64,000 nucleotides of DNA, from contig CM120642.1 in assembly GCA_051362555.1 (NCBI GenBank), positions 31,186,001-31,250,000 of the forward strand. The letters run 5' to 3'. Positions within the stretch are counted from its first letter, which is position 1. The number at the start of each line of letters is the position of its first letter. A program made the translations under genes and the position numbers. The notes under the pieces were generated by a model. The model was not told the DNA's origin, ran no database searches, and worked only from the letters and a program-made list of their open reading frames with translations. This stretch comes from Lingula anatina. Taxonomy: Eukaryota > Animalia > Brachiopoda. Shown here one piece after another: positions 35,301 through 47,666 of this stretch.

Positions 35301-38300
35301 TAAAAAGACCTAATTTTACACCAGTTGAGAAATATGAACAGATGGTTCGATTATAATTGACATTACTTATTTATGAAAAAAAGAAGAAAGTCTGGGAATT
35401 GATTAAGAAGAGATAAATTGCGCGATGGCGATTTGAGACACGTGGTGTGACTCAAATATGTGCTTTGTTTCTGTCAGTGGCGTGACGGTGTAAGTAGAAC
35501 AGAATAACCATCACAGCTGTAGTGGAGGTGAAAACTACAAAAAAGAAAAGAAAAAAATTGACACAGGTGTCGGACCACATTACACTTAACATGGTTTTAG
35601 TGAATTGTTAACAATATCAAATGTTTTCTGTAAACGAAAAAAAAATATTAGAGAAATCATCAAATACGATTACTATACTGCTTAGTCGTCGTAATATTAT
35701 GCATGTCATGCCTAAATGCCAAAATGAAATATGGACATTTTAACATTTCAGAGATATTTACATTCGGGCTTAAAGGACGTTATTTAACTTGACTATGGAT
35801 AATGACAGATTTCCATTTTTCAGCAACCGTTGTAGTTGGAATTCCGTCTGTGAAACGAGAAAAGGTGTCGTACCTTTCTGACACCCTGCGATCATTAGTA
35901 GACAACTTAGACGCCGGGAGCAAAAAAGACGTTTTGCTCATCGTCATGGTGTCGGAGGTGAGTAATACACTAAAACGCGCGTTCGCAACCGCGACAACTA
36001 GCTTTACATACCCTCCACCAGGGTCACAGGGGGATTTTTCACTAGATATTCGCAGATATGTCTCTGGCTTATTCATGTCACGTTATGTACTGTGTCCAAC
36101 AAGAATTTTTAGTACAGAAATGGCGTCATTTCTCAGCTGGCCTCTGTAAGAGAGTAGGTCCTATGCTTTACAGTTGCCGCTAAACTATAAAATTGCTAAG
36201 CACGAGACGGCAAAAAACGCTTTCAGAACAGCGGACTAACAGATCCACGGCTCAAATATGGCCGACCCACTTGAATACCTGTTGCGGGGAACCTATTCAG
36301 TGTCTTGTCGGGAATTTTAAACGGCAAGCTTTTTAGTGGGTCACCATATTTGATCCGCGGATTCGTTAGAGCGCATTTAGAACAGCGTTAATTGCTATTT
36401 CTTGCATTTTGATAACTAGCCACACTTTTCCTTAATTTCCAGCCGTTTAATACAGAGTATGCTAAGGAGACAGCTGAGTCTATTAACGGTCGGTTTCCTG
36501 ACCAAGTCCGAGATGGTCTGATTGAGGTCATCTGTCCGCCAGCCTCGTTCTACCCTGACCTTGATCACGTGGACACCCTTGGAGACACAGTGGAAAGAGC
36601 AAGGTAAGCTGGCGACAAGATTAGATCTCCAGTCATTACTCCGATTTACAAAATGGCTTATCCCTGGGGAAAGCTTTGTGTTAATAGACAGTGCTCAATA
36701 ATCCAAAGAATTAATTCAGTGACATAAAGGGGACATTTTTTGTTCTTTTATTTATAGAGCATGCAGACTAGCGTCGGAATGGGAATCATACGTGATAGCC
36801 CAGTCTCTAGAGTATAAATGCGTAAAAATCACGTGTAATTTCAAGGAAATGAAATAGCCATGGCCAGTAATTATTGAGTGCGATGCGGTCACGAATTTAA
36901 GAACGACAACTCACCCACGGGCATTTTCTGGTTGGGTCATTAGTCTATCGCACGAAAGAACCTACTCATCATATTTTGCGTGTCACTTTTGTTAAGTTTT
37001 CAAGACGACTTTGCTGGCGCATAGAGCTTCACCTTTATCGCGTTAAAGTTAATCCCGATTCACACTATTTATCGCACGTGTTCTGGTCTCGTATGTCGTC
37101 ATGATCAGAAAAGTCTCGTATGACGTCAGGAAATGGCGACAGCCTCGGATTATGCCCATTCCTGTCGTCTGCTTCAGTAGGCTATATATTCAAAGAAGAG
37201 AGCACTAGTCACAGTACTGTGGTTGCATTAACTATATTAAGTCGAAAATGCATTACGTTTTATCAGATTTTATCAAAAAATCTAATTATAATTCAAAATT
37301 CAGTTAGCGAGATTCAATTAAAGTGAGTACGTTGAATTATACAGGGCCCCAGGCGCTGATGACAAAATAGACTGAGAATTTTTTTTTTCTGATCCAAAAT
37401 CCTAATATTTTTCAACTGAATACTCTTTTCAGAAATATCTTCATCAACCCTTCATGAACCCTTTCTTTGTAAATCTTAAAATAAACTATTCCGACGTGAT
37501 AATTATGGACATTGTCGGTATACCCGAGGCGTTTGAGTAAAGGGGATATCTTAAATTCTGTATTTATGGAAAACTGTGTGGCAGAAAAGGTCTTCATCCT
37601 TTCGAGCAATTTCAGATAAATTAACACGAAGCGTTGGCAAGCCTTTCTCGTGAAAACAATAGAATACTAAATCGCTCCTTCCTGCCCTTGAAGGAGTAAT
37701 ATCCACGCTAGGGAAGTGATCCGTCTCTCATGAGAACAGGGAAAGGAAAGCATAATTGTCACCTGCACCTGAGACCGTTCATGAAGCTTCCGTCACGCAG
37801 AGCGCTGGGTCGGTGACTGGAAGCGGGGGTTGATAAGAAGACAAAGTGTATTTCAACTGTAAACATTTGCCATATCACGCACATAACACGAGATAAATAT
37901 GTAGATAACTTGCTTTTCGGCTGTTGAACACACACAGTGTCACGTACGTAACACGCGTGTCGGTCATTGTATGAGCTTAGGCTTCGTTCACATGCAATGT
38001 CTATTTTCTAAATTCTATTTTCTTATAAGTTACTATAAGTAACTGGCTCGCGCCTCCAGTAATTACGCGGCGGGATATTCAGGGCACAGACCGTGATCAT
38101 AAGATAGCGCGAATAGAAAATAGAATTTAGAAAATAGACATTGCATGTGAACGAAGCCTTAGTCTCATGACTTCCGCGTGCCAAATGACATCACCTCCGG
38201 CTGCTTTAGATATTCGAAGCTTAACGCATATTTTTTCTATAGGCCAGTACATTTCTTAAACAGCATTCTGACTGACATTCTTGCTTAGTCTGCTCTGATA

Positions 38301-41300
38301 TAGGAGTAGCTTCGTTAGCTTTTTTTTGCCGAGTTACAGGAGTAACAGGACCGGCTGTATGCTACGGCATGCACCTCTGATGGAGGAGCCCAGTGAGCTC
38401 GCGCATACTAAAAAGGTTTTCGTAGGTGCTCAGTACTCTCTGACCACAGGGCTCTCTAGTAGTCTGTTACATTATTATTGTATGCTAAAATTTTGTATAC
38501 TATTTTACAGGCCCTTCAGAACAAGTTGATATGCGGACTAACAGATCAGTGGATCAAACTTATTGGCTTATGGTCCAGTCTGTTTCTGTTCGATTCTTGA
38601 AAAAATGTCTTTAAAAGAGTGCTGTGTAAATGAATCCATAGACATTCTCGCAGAAAAACTACTTAAGCCATTTTAAACAAAGCTGTCAAAGCAAGATGAA
38701 TGCCGAATCGTTGAAATGATTAAATGGCTGATACTCAGTGGACTGGTCTAATTTGTCATAGATTCGATCCCACACTGACAAGAGGATAGATATTGACGAC
38801 TGTGAACATTAAAGCAATTTCCGTCTCAAATGTGGCGAATTGCATCATCTCCATTAATTTAGGTTTATCACGTTATTCCTTTGCCCCTAATGTTATAAGG
38901 CATGCAAAGCTAGAATTGATCTCCAAGGGTAGTTAGGTTAATGACCGTCATCCCGTTGATCTCAGCACGAGATTCCCTAGTCCTCTTCAGTTCTGGTTTG
39001 CAACGGATACATGAGATAGTGACTATCCTTCTTAAGGCAACTGTTTTCAGAAAACTACTGGAGGTACAATTCATGCTATTGTGAGATCGACATTCGCTTT
39101 CCACCCTCTAGTACAGCCTTAGCTAAGCCCAAGAAAATAAATCAACATTCGGATAAGTGGGTTCATGTTTTTATTTTCGTTCTCGACCGTAGCGTCTCTT
39201 TCTAGAATTGTCCTTTGCGATTTGACCGCGCCGAAAGTGGGTTGTGCCAAAGATGATGTGCTCTATGAAAATGTCTGGGTTCCTGGTGTTATGTGTACGG
39301 AAGCTGTCAGTGTCCAGTAGTTGGCACGAGAAACACTCTTACTTTATCTTAAGAAATATAGTCTTGCATACAAAAGCACACAATACGCATGCTGCGTATC
39401 GACCCTAAAGCCCTTGTTACACCACTTGGAGAGAGGATTTTGGCCCACTCTCGCCATGTTGAGGGTTAAATAACATCATTGCACAAGTACGTAAGATCCT
39501 TTTTTCGCCAGTGCTAGGTTCCAACATATGTTGCATCTTAAGACTGAGTAATGTGAATGGTTTTAGCCATTTTATTATTTAATTTTTCTCTCTCCGTTTT
39601 CTGCATATTGGTTTTATGATTACCGTCCATGGTTTTTTTTCAGATGGCGAACAAAGCAGAACATTGACTACGCCTACTTAATGATGTACGCTATGAAGAG
39701 GGGTTCGTATTACTTACAGGTAAATCAGAGGGAGAGGGAGACATTTTTTCTGCGTTTTTCGAATATATTTTGAGAAACGAATGTAAGATTCAGTAAATTT
39801 TTATACGATTATGTGAGTATTTGAGAACTCTTCCAAGGTTTTTGTCTAGATCATCACCCAAATTATTACCACAATAGTTGCGGGGTTCCAAATGTGTCCT
39901 TTCTTCTGATGTAACTGTTAGTTATTTTAAGTACATGTAACAGCGCAGTAGTATCATGCAAAATAATATACTCGGTATGATAAAACACGCCCAGACAATT
40001 CTCTTCTATTCGGGATACTTACAATGTCTAACATTTCTTTTCTCATTTTTTGCAGCTTGAAGACGATGTTATAACAAAGCCAGATTACATGTTAAATATT
40101 AAAAAGACGATATCTGGACAAAGAGTCAAGAACTGGATACTTATAGACTTTTCCTACTTAGGATTCATAGGTCAGTTTTCACAGATATTTCGAAGAGCCA
40201 CACCGTAAAACGTACAACAGTTCTTTCAAAAGGAAGCAATTAAATCACGTGCATTAAACCTCCCTCCCGCTTCTTTGCGCCTATGACCGACGTTGAGAAA
40301 AAGAGGGACCTAAGCGCCCCCCCCCCCCCCCCTCCACCTCCAGCCAAAATACTACGCCTACACTTTCTAAGAGAGCTCAATAGTTGAAAGTTGAGCTGTT
40401 GAAAAAATACATATTAGTTAGACTTGATATATACTGAAATTATCGACAGACGGCGATATCGATTGGAGCACGAAAGAATGATTAACAATTAAGACCCACT
40501 CTGATAATGATTTAAAGTCAACTTGTATTGTACGGAAGTTTTGTGTCAATTCTTGTCTGGCAACAGTAGGTACGGTTACAATTAATTACCCTTTAGAAAT
40601 CACTTCATATTATGGCGGTGATTCTGGGCCTGGGTACGCTTTACCAAAGTGTGTTCGATTTCATGTCAAGGGTTGTTCATGCTGTCAATTCAGAAAAGGA
40701 AAACGCTACGTTATTTACTTACGTGGTAAAAACAGACTTTTTAGCCTTAAAATGCCCCGATTTTTGGTTGACAAAAGTTATCATTTTAAGTATTCTTTAA
40801 GCTTAATGTTTATTTATAAAGTACTGAGAGATTATTCTCTAGTTCAATTTTCTTTTTATGTGTATAAATTTATGCATGTTGTATTTCCAGGTAAACTATT
40901 CCACATGCAAGACATTGAGCTTCTTGCTCAGTTTTTCCTGATGTTCCATGACAGGCAGCCCGTTGATTGGCTGCTAGAGTATTACGTCACCACAAAAGCG
41001 TGTTTTCTAGATTGGAATGAGGTAAATGCCAATTTAAAACCCTTTATCACTATTTTCTTTTCAAAAATTAATGAGTTATACGTAATAATGGCTTCCAGCT
41101 GTGTATACATAACTTTATGAATTTTGTTGTAGTGCTTCATTTAGTCATCCCCACGTATTTGTATACGCAAAATTTATTTTAAAAAATAAATTATTTACAT
41201 CCAATGTTACAGAAAAAGTGCAATGCCGAAAAGAAAAAGATGCGGCCCTCCTATAGACCGTCCTTATTTCAACATATGGGATATTATTCTTCTTTAGCTG

Positions 41301-43019
41301 GTAAAATACAAAAACTGAAGGTGAGTTAGTGTATGAAAATATAATATATCATTCATTTGTGTGTCTTCAAAATTATGGCGGTAGTTACGTCAACTTCTCA
41401 AGTGGTAAGCCTTTTGAGATCTTAAAACTTGAATTTATTTGCTCATTTATAATCCATTCTATCACCTTCTCCGTAATATATAGAGGTGTAGGTGGCAAGC
41501 TAGAATACACTTTGGTTTACGAAAGACGCTAAAAAGAAAGGTATCAATAACGATATTATATACTCTCTTCCAGGACCGAAGATTAATTATGTGCATTTTT
41601 CTTCAGCACGAAGGATTCTTGTCGTGAATTAACCAGAGATAAATCTGTGAAGTTTTAGTGACGGATTTATCTGGTAGATTGTAGGCCTGTTAAAAAAGTG
41701 AAAAAGAAAAGACTTGTTCTTAAAACCCAGCTTGAAGCACTGTGGCAATAGAAGTATATATATATGTCTATGTTCTACTTTGCTAATGCGAATACATATT
41801 TTCTCCACAGGACCCGAGATTCGGCCAAAAAGTGAAGGACAAGGGGTTCACCCCCCATACTGACAACCCCAAGGCAGAGGTCAGCTGTACTATAAACCAA
41901 TACAAACAATACTCTATAGCAGGTGCTTACGTGGGACATTCCTTTTTCTGGGGAATACCGGAGGGAAATGAAACCTGCGATTTTAAATTCCAGCCCCCTA
42001 TAAAAATTAAAAGGTATGTAGGGGTTCGATTTACTGTGCTACCCAGTAAACACAGATCGTTATTTTAACGTTACTATTACATTAACATTACCAAAAACGT
42101 TATGGTAACGTTACAGTAACGTTCTGTGTTTGCTGGATGAACGATTGAGTAGTTAAATTCATTGCACAAAAGGTAGATCTTTGCAGCTTAACGGTTACCT
42201 TTTTATATCCAGGCACTTTTACATCCAATGTTTCCTGTAAGGTGTCTGTTTATTTGCCAACTTGGTTGTCTAGTTTTTACTGTGCAGGTGTCACGTTTGC
42301 TTTTATAACCCCGGCTGTATGACATTTCAATTCTGACACAAAAAATTTTCTTCGTATCGTGTAAAATGGATGTTTCCATTTTCTTTTACCCTAGGTTCTT
42401 TTTCAAAAGCGGGAATCTCGAGCATCCAGGAGATAAGTTTACATCAAATACAACAGTGGAAATGTTGCCCGCAGAAAACGCCAGCGCATTTGAAGCAAAA
42501 TACCAAAAAACAAAAGACAATTATTTTATAGTTCAAAAATTTTCCAAAGACGGAATTGCAGAGGGTTCTCTGGACGAGTCATTTCCGCCTGTCGATATAC
42601 TTAGAATACAGCTGAGAGGACCAACAGACGCCTGGGCGATACTTAGTGAGGTAAATTGTAACACAGTTTTGTTAATTGGTGGTTACAACGCAATTTTATT
42701 GCATATACCTGAAATTCTTTGTTAAATTTAAGATCCAAAATTGGATCCCAAATTTCACATTCTTCCAGAGTGGAAAATCCAAAACAGATGAATGGAATAA
42801 AAATAAAAAAATGACCAGAATTTTAAAAATCATTTAGTAATAATGCGTCCATCACTGTATCTCTGAAATTAAATGAACATCGTTCCAGCATATGCTAAGA
42901 ACACGTTAGCGGCAACAAAGAAAGCATCAGAGAAAGTTAACAATATAAAATATATAATGTTAACGTTTGTCTGTTCTCCATTTCAGATATTGATAACCCC
43001 CCACGCGACCAAACGGTAA
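22722..43019 (+). CDS. MGAT4: Alpha-1,3-mannosyl-glycoprotein 4-beta-N-acetylglucosaminyltransferase (GnT-IV, MGAT4A/B-like, GT54), 540 aa, 12 exons
   Basis: Seen: exons 22722-22830, 30744-30888, 32007-32158, 35824-35957, 36443-36603, 39644-39719, 40056-40170, 40891-41021, 41213-41320, 41811-42013, 42395-42650, 42987-43019, open over 1623 nt. Type II TM anchor [14 protein letters not shown] and coiled-coil stem. Motifs [62 protein letters not shown], plus a C-terminal lectin domain (FFWG, SGN.EHPGD, WAILSEI). Knowledge: these are GT54/MGAT4 signature motifs. Linkage of exons 1-3 is inferred from phase compatibility. Confidence 0.9.
24825..24995. mobile_element. Palindromic MITE family B, diverged copy
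   Basis: Seen: ggatcaattgtggcagtcccacttgaa...ggaatctattcagtgt...agctttcaagtggcacggccatatttcatccgtgg matches copies at 36225 and 51124. Confidence 0.55.
26229..26468. mobile_element. PIF/Harbinger-like MITE (family A), best preserved copy
   Basis: Seen: TAA|GGCCTCGTTCCCATAGACACCATCGGT...ACCGATGGTGTCTATCGGAAAGAGACC|TAA. Knowledge: a TWA TSD and GG termini are typical of PIF/Harbinger. Confidence 0.75.
27061..27200. repeat. Degenerate ~41-bp minisatellite (3-4 units)
   Basis: Seen: repeated (a)cac.g.ctctatcctgtg...tagaattacactg units. Confidence 0.7.
28839..28996. repeat. Compound (CA)n microsatellite
   Basis: Seen directly; source of the spurious HTHT/CVCV ORFs. Confidence 0.95.
31370..31584. 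mobile_element. MITE family A, diverged copy
   Basis: Seen: tacgtagatcgatctaactatgcagggact...ttctgtatctactcaacgccagg...ttgcattcagcgagagtc shared with the 17656 and 26229 copies. Confidence 0.6.
32282..32339. repeat. (CT)n(GT)n microsatellite
   Basis: Seen directly. Confidence 0.95.
34236..34357. mobile_element. MITE family A, internally deleted copy
   Basis: Seen: tta|gggctcattcccat...ttgcatttagccagagtccacgcggaattggatcgatctacgtag...tgggaaaaggccc|tta. Confidence 0.6.
34943..35190. mobile_element. MITE with GGNCCGTTTCACAAAAG-type termini
   Basis: Seen: gggtctgtttcacaaaaga...gtcttaactttaagaccaaa versus tttggtctgaaagttaagac...tcttttgtgaaacgggcac (inverted). Confidence 0.6.
36225..36372. mobile_element. 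Palindromic MITE family B
   Basis: Seen: agaacagcggactaacagatccacggctcaaatatggccgacccacttgaa...agtgggtcaccatatttgatccgcggattcgttag; homologous to 51124-51276. Confidence 0.65.
37980..38158. mobile_element. Young PIF/Harbinger-like MITE with 44-bp perfect TIRs and TTA TSD
   Basis: Seen: TTA|GGCTTCGTTCACATGCAATGTCTATTTTCTAAATTCTATTTTCT...AGAAAATAGAATTTAGAAAATAGACATTGCATGTGAACGAAGCC|TTA. Confidence 0.88.
42042..42137. mobile_element. Short CCCAG(C/T)AAACAC-type MITE with AACGTT repeats; related pieces at ~30935-31048 and ~6120-6190
   Basis: Seen: cccagtaaacacagatcgtt...aacgttctgtgtttgctgga, with internal taacgtta repeats. Confidence 0.6.
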
Positions 43020-45299
43020 CACCACAGCCAGGCTTCTGTTACGATGCTCTTGGGACGATGCCGGGAATCTCGTCCTCTCTCTCTCTCTCGTGATATTTTT
43101 AAAAATGATCTACCATATTGACATCAGATGTTTTTCCCATTCGTAGAATGATCATAGCGTTAATCAAAAATAAGTTGTAAGCACTTCATGTTTTCTTTGA
43201 TGCTTACCTACTGGAATTAATGTTGTAGTGCATTGATATATATATATTCCAGATGACTGATATTGTGTGGATTCAGACTACTGTAAAATTGATGGTATTC
43301 AACAGCGGGTTAATAATAGCCATCACGTAATACTGCACCCAAAATATCTATACCGATGGGTGGGTGGGTGGGTAGGTGGGTTATAGTGCTGCAAAAGAGC
43401 ACACACACACACAAACACACACACACACACACACATGTCAGAAGTTACAGAAGGACACCCATGTGATATATGATAATATAGAAAACAACAAACTGCACTA
43501 TAGAGGAATTTAAGATGGAAACGGTTACAGGCAATGCGAGTTGCCGAACCAAGGCAGCAATAGTCAATTAATAACGCAAGTCTTCGGGGCGCCATGATGT
43601 CGTTTGGGCCTCTGAAACTGAACTTTCCTCTGTTCAGGGCATTGTAGCAAACGCTATAGTGGTTAAAGTTATCAGCGAATATTTATATAGAACAGAATAC
43701 AACAAACAACATTAAGGTGAACGTTAAACTGGGATTTTCAATGTGATTTTTAATGTGATAAAATGTAACTAAGAGAATCAAGGACTGAATTCGTTCGCTC
43801 TGAAAAGGAGGTAGGAAATATAGTAAATGTTTGACTACATAAAAATGTATAACATTAATTGGAGTTAGATGATCTTTTTATATCGAATTATGTGGTTTGC
43901 ATTTTACTACATATTGTGTATTTGTAAGCGTTTTATATATATCTTTACCTTAAAGAGAATACCACGTTCAGTATGAAGACAGATTGATGACGTTAAGCCT
44001 ACAAGTAGGCTATATCATCTAAGGATGATATCTATGACATCTCTTGCTTATTTTTCTAGTTTATGTTAATGATAAATGTGTTTTGAAATAAATATTGCAG
44101 AAAGGAAACGCTTCTTGTTTTTATCAGACTTAGTATAGGAAGAAAGCCTCTATAAGGAGCCTATTTGTGCACAAAATAGAAAGATGTATTTCTGGACAAC
44201 TTTTTAAGTTAGCTGTTGCGATTGTTAAGAATAAATAGGCCTTTTACTACAACGTGAACTCCAGTCTTTGTAAATCCCATTGTTGCCGTGGTGAATCGCA
44301 ATGAAGTAGGCCTACCCCGGGTACGTACCTTACAATCTCAACTACCACAATATTGCAGCCACTGGGTTGAGATGTCAGCATTTTATTTTTGACTTAACTC
44401 CCAACAACTAAACACGAGGACAATTTCGTGGGAATTAAGTGAGAAACTTAAAAGTCGTGAATGGATGAAATTAAAAATGTTGGACGCGGTGACTCGGCAC
44501 CTCAAAAGTGGCCTGTCATTCTCTAAAAAAAAAAAAAATAATAATAAATAGGCCCTAAAAAAAATTGGAACCCCCATCAAATAATTCTGGCTCCGCCCCT
44601 GCCGAGTTCACATTTCCACACGCCTATTTAGGCCTACAAGTTTATTTATTGACCAAAATGTTTTGAACATAAATTGATTGTTTTTCACGAGTAGGCCATT
44701 TTAAGGTTATACATGTGGCAAATTATCAATAAATGTGAACCAAAACAACTTATTTATGAGAAAAAATTGGTGCTGACCAGTGATATACCATTTTGCAGAT
44801 AATTAGGAGACATTTTCAAGATAGGTATTCAAGGTAAGTAGACTTAGAGTGGCTTCTTAATTAGTATAGGTCTGTCAAGTTTGAGTAGCTTAATCGACAG
44901 CTGAATAGATTTTTAAGTGAACGCGAATCCCTTCAGATCACCCACAAATCCGGTTACAACAAGAAACCTGGCATACTTGGTTTTATCCGCCAAATCACAA
45001 AATGCAATACAACTCTAATTTGCTTGTGGTTTTACTTTTTTGATAACGTTGATAACCATCTCCGAAAGCCAAGGGCCTAGCAAATGCTCAGATTAACGTA
45101 ATTAAAATAAATGGAAGAGTTGGGTCATTAATCCAAATTACTGAATAACTAATTGCTGAAAAGGAAATACCAGACAGAACTTGGAAATGTTTATCTAGCC
45201 AGCTTAGCCGCATTCCATTTAGTTTTTAAAAGACTGATTGACTTGTAGCATTTAAAAGACAAGAATTGGGGTCGTCTTGGATCGTTGAAATCTGCTGTC

Positions 45300-45415
45300 A
45301 ATCACGTGACAGGTGTAAATAATATAGAACATGGCGGAAAGCCGCAGAACTGGGGATAGCGTGAACCTGACTCTGCATCTAAAAGCTTTGGCTGAAGGAA
45401 AAAATTGAATCTGAG
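45300..45415 (+). promoter_or_regulatory. Probable promoter and non-coding first exon of WDR17
   Basis: Seen: E-box TCACGTGAC (45302-45310), AACATGGCGG (YY1-like, 45328-45337) and donor GAG|gtaaat at 45415. The ATG-containing WDR17 exon has an acceptor at 52906, so an upstream exon is needed. Assigning it to this site is inference. Confidence 0.5.
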
Positions 45416-46787
45416 GTAAATTCTGTTAAGATGGCTTTTAGATGGGATATCCTATTATTTATTAGTTCAATGCATAACGTTGTTGTTTTTGCCTTACAGG
45501 CACTCTTATCTACATGAAAATGTTTCTCCTACTACATGTAGTTTGAATGGTGAGACGTCCCTGTGTAGCACTCTTAATATACAGTAGGTTGCAAATAAAT
45601 CAGCCGAAAACTAGCAAGTGCTACTTCCAGGTTTTTAAAACTCTGGTGAATGCTTTGACAGACCCACTCGCCAATTGCGACCTGTTCCTTCTTCTGGCTT
45701 TTATTTAAACTATGTGAAATCAGTGCATCTCGTGTCACGCACTCTTCTATACGGCTTCTGATGTGTAATATGTTATTGCATGAAAGAAAACAGCCCAAAA
45801 ACTGTTTCATGAAAACCACTTTGAGAATCCACCATGAAAGTGAACGTGATGCAGAAGCTCTCAGTCCTATATCTTATCTCTTATTACCTCAACTTACACC
45901 CTCCTGTACAGCCAACCATGCAGACTATTCCAATTGGTATCTCAAAGAAACCTTTTAAAGTCTACAGAAGTCCAAATGAACTTGCAAACAGATGGCGAGT
46001 GTTCTCCCAGAAGTGGGTAAGCTGTGCAATAATTCACATCATTTCAGATATTTTCGTGCAAATCCAAACAAGACTTTGGTAGCCTATTGATAAACTTTTG
46101 CAGGAGGATTAATAAAGCCCTATCGTAGCTGCATTCAAAGTATATCATAGGCTTGTTTTGCATTGTTTTATGCACAGGTTGCGCAAAGTTGAAAAATGTC
46201 AATAATGTGCCATTTGCAGGGGTCAGAATCTACAGGCAAGCAGTAATTACGTATTAAACCAGATAAAAATAGTTCCAATTTATCCTCCGGATTGGTCATT
46301 ACCATTAGACAAACCCCAGGGTCTCAGATTTTGTCTTCTAGGTGAAAGTACTTCTGGGTCAGCAAAACAAAATGCAACGTAACACTGGTTGTTTTCTTTT
46401 TTTTTTCTATAGTTTTTAAAATCTCAGTTTGAAAAGAACTTAGAAATTAGGATTAATAATCAAAAACAATCTCCTGCTACACAAATATTATCAAAATCTA
46501 TCTTTATTCAATACTTAATGTAATGCACATTGTCTGTCTTTAGCCATTATTAAGTTCCAGTATCTGTGTACCTGTGATCACAAGTCAGGACTTGATTGTA
46601 AGCTATAATGTGTCATACATTACTACAGTATATATTTGGCAGACTTTTTAGGTCAAATTTACAAACAGCAATTTGAAGAAGGTACAGTTTTGAAGCATTT
46701 TTGCATGTCTAACTGATTGGTTCAGTTGGTTTATCGTTTGGCATGTGGACTTTACTTGAGTTGTATAAGAAACCTGTAGCACCAGTA

Positions 46788-46790
<3 letters not shown>

Positions 46791-46858
<68 letters not shown>
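46791..46858. repeat. (GT)n microsatellite
   Basis: Seen directly. Confidence 0.95.
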
Positions 46859-46862
<4 letters not shown>

Positions 46863-47652
46863 TACATCCTTTAAAATGAGGTACAGTATTAAGCACTAAA
46901 TGATATCAAACATGAAAAGAATCCATGTGAGGTGGAGATAACTTTTTACAGATAAGAGTCATCCTCTGTGAACCTAGAATGTCTTCTTAGACCCTATTCC
47001 TATACCGATATCGATCTAACTGGATCAACCCAACTCTGAGGAGATTCTCACTAAATTGCATTAGGATTAAGTGGCTTAGAATAAGATGTCTACCCCCTAA
47101 CAGCTTCATAGGCTTGACAGACATCAGATCTGCTTTAGCTGAATGTCATTTGATTATTTCGCAAGAAACTAAATATATAGCGAGAAGATATATTCTTATA
47201 TATTGTAGTAGAATGCACACCCTACTTTTTTCTTTATTTTGGTATTTTTGGTTACTACACTTGTTATCAGTTGATCTATTGTGACAAGCAGGTGGAATTA
47301 TTTTAAGGGGTCCAGTCGCATTTTTTTAAGCCCCTTTTTGGCCAGGAAAGGTGTAGTCTGAAGCAAAATTTGACGTCAGTTCTATTTCTCAAATTTCTTA
47401 AGTTCTGTCAACTAAGGGGTACATGTACCCCCCCCCCCCCCCTCCCCCCGCCCCCCACCCATTGCTGGCAATGTTCTACGCATAATGACTTGTGTATATA
47501 AATTGGTTTTTACTAGTATCATACACTAGATTATGCTGGTAGTAGATTGGGTATCTCCCTGCCAAAATAAGAGAGAGAGACTTTCAATGGTTTGAAGTTG
47601 GTAGCTTGCCATGCAATTGTTTGAGGTCACAGATGTCAATAGCATGACCCCT

Positions 47653-47666
47653 GTTACCATGGAAAC
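47653..47666. promoter_or_regulatory. RFX X-box motif GTTACCATGGAAAC upstream of the WDR17 coding region
   Basis: Seen: exact match to GTTNCCATGGNAAC. Knowledge: this is the RFX/DAF-19 X-box consensus of ciliary genes. Function is inferred. Confidence 0.5.

Noticed and set aside
36830-37920. CpG-richer intronic block that may be another transposon
   Set aside because: No TIR, TSD, second copy or coding similarity could be established by eye.
38370-38410. Hammerhead-like ctgatggaggagc-ccagtga-gctcg
   Set aside because: Box 1 is altered and the GAAA box is absent; at most a dead remnant.
3517-43019. Functional cluster linking the SRCR-LU receptor and MGAT4
   Set aside because: Adjacency and shared strand are not evidence of co-function in an animal genome; no shared regulatory signal was seen.
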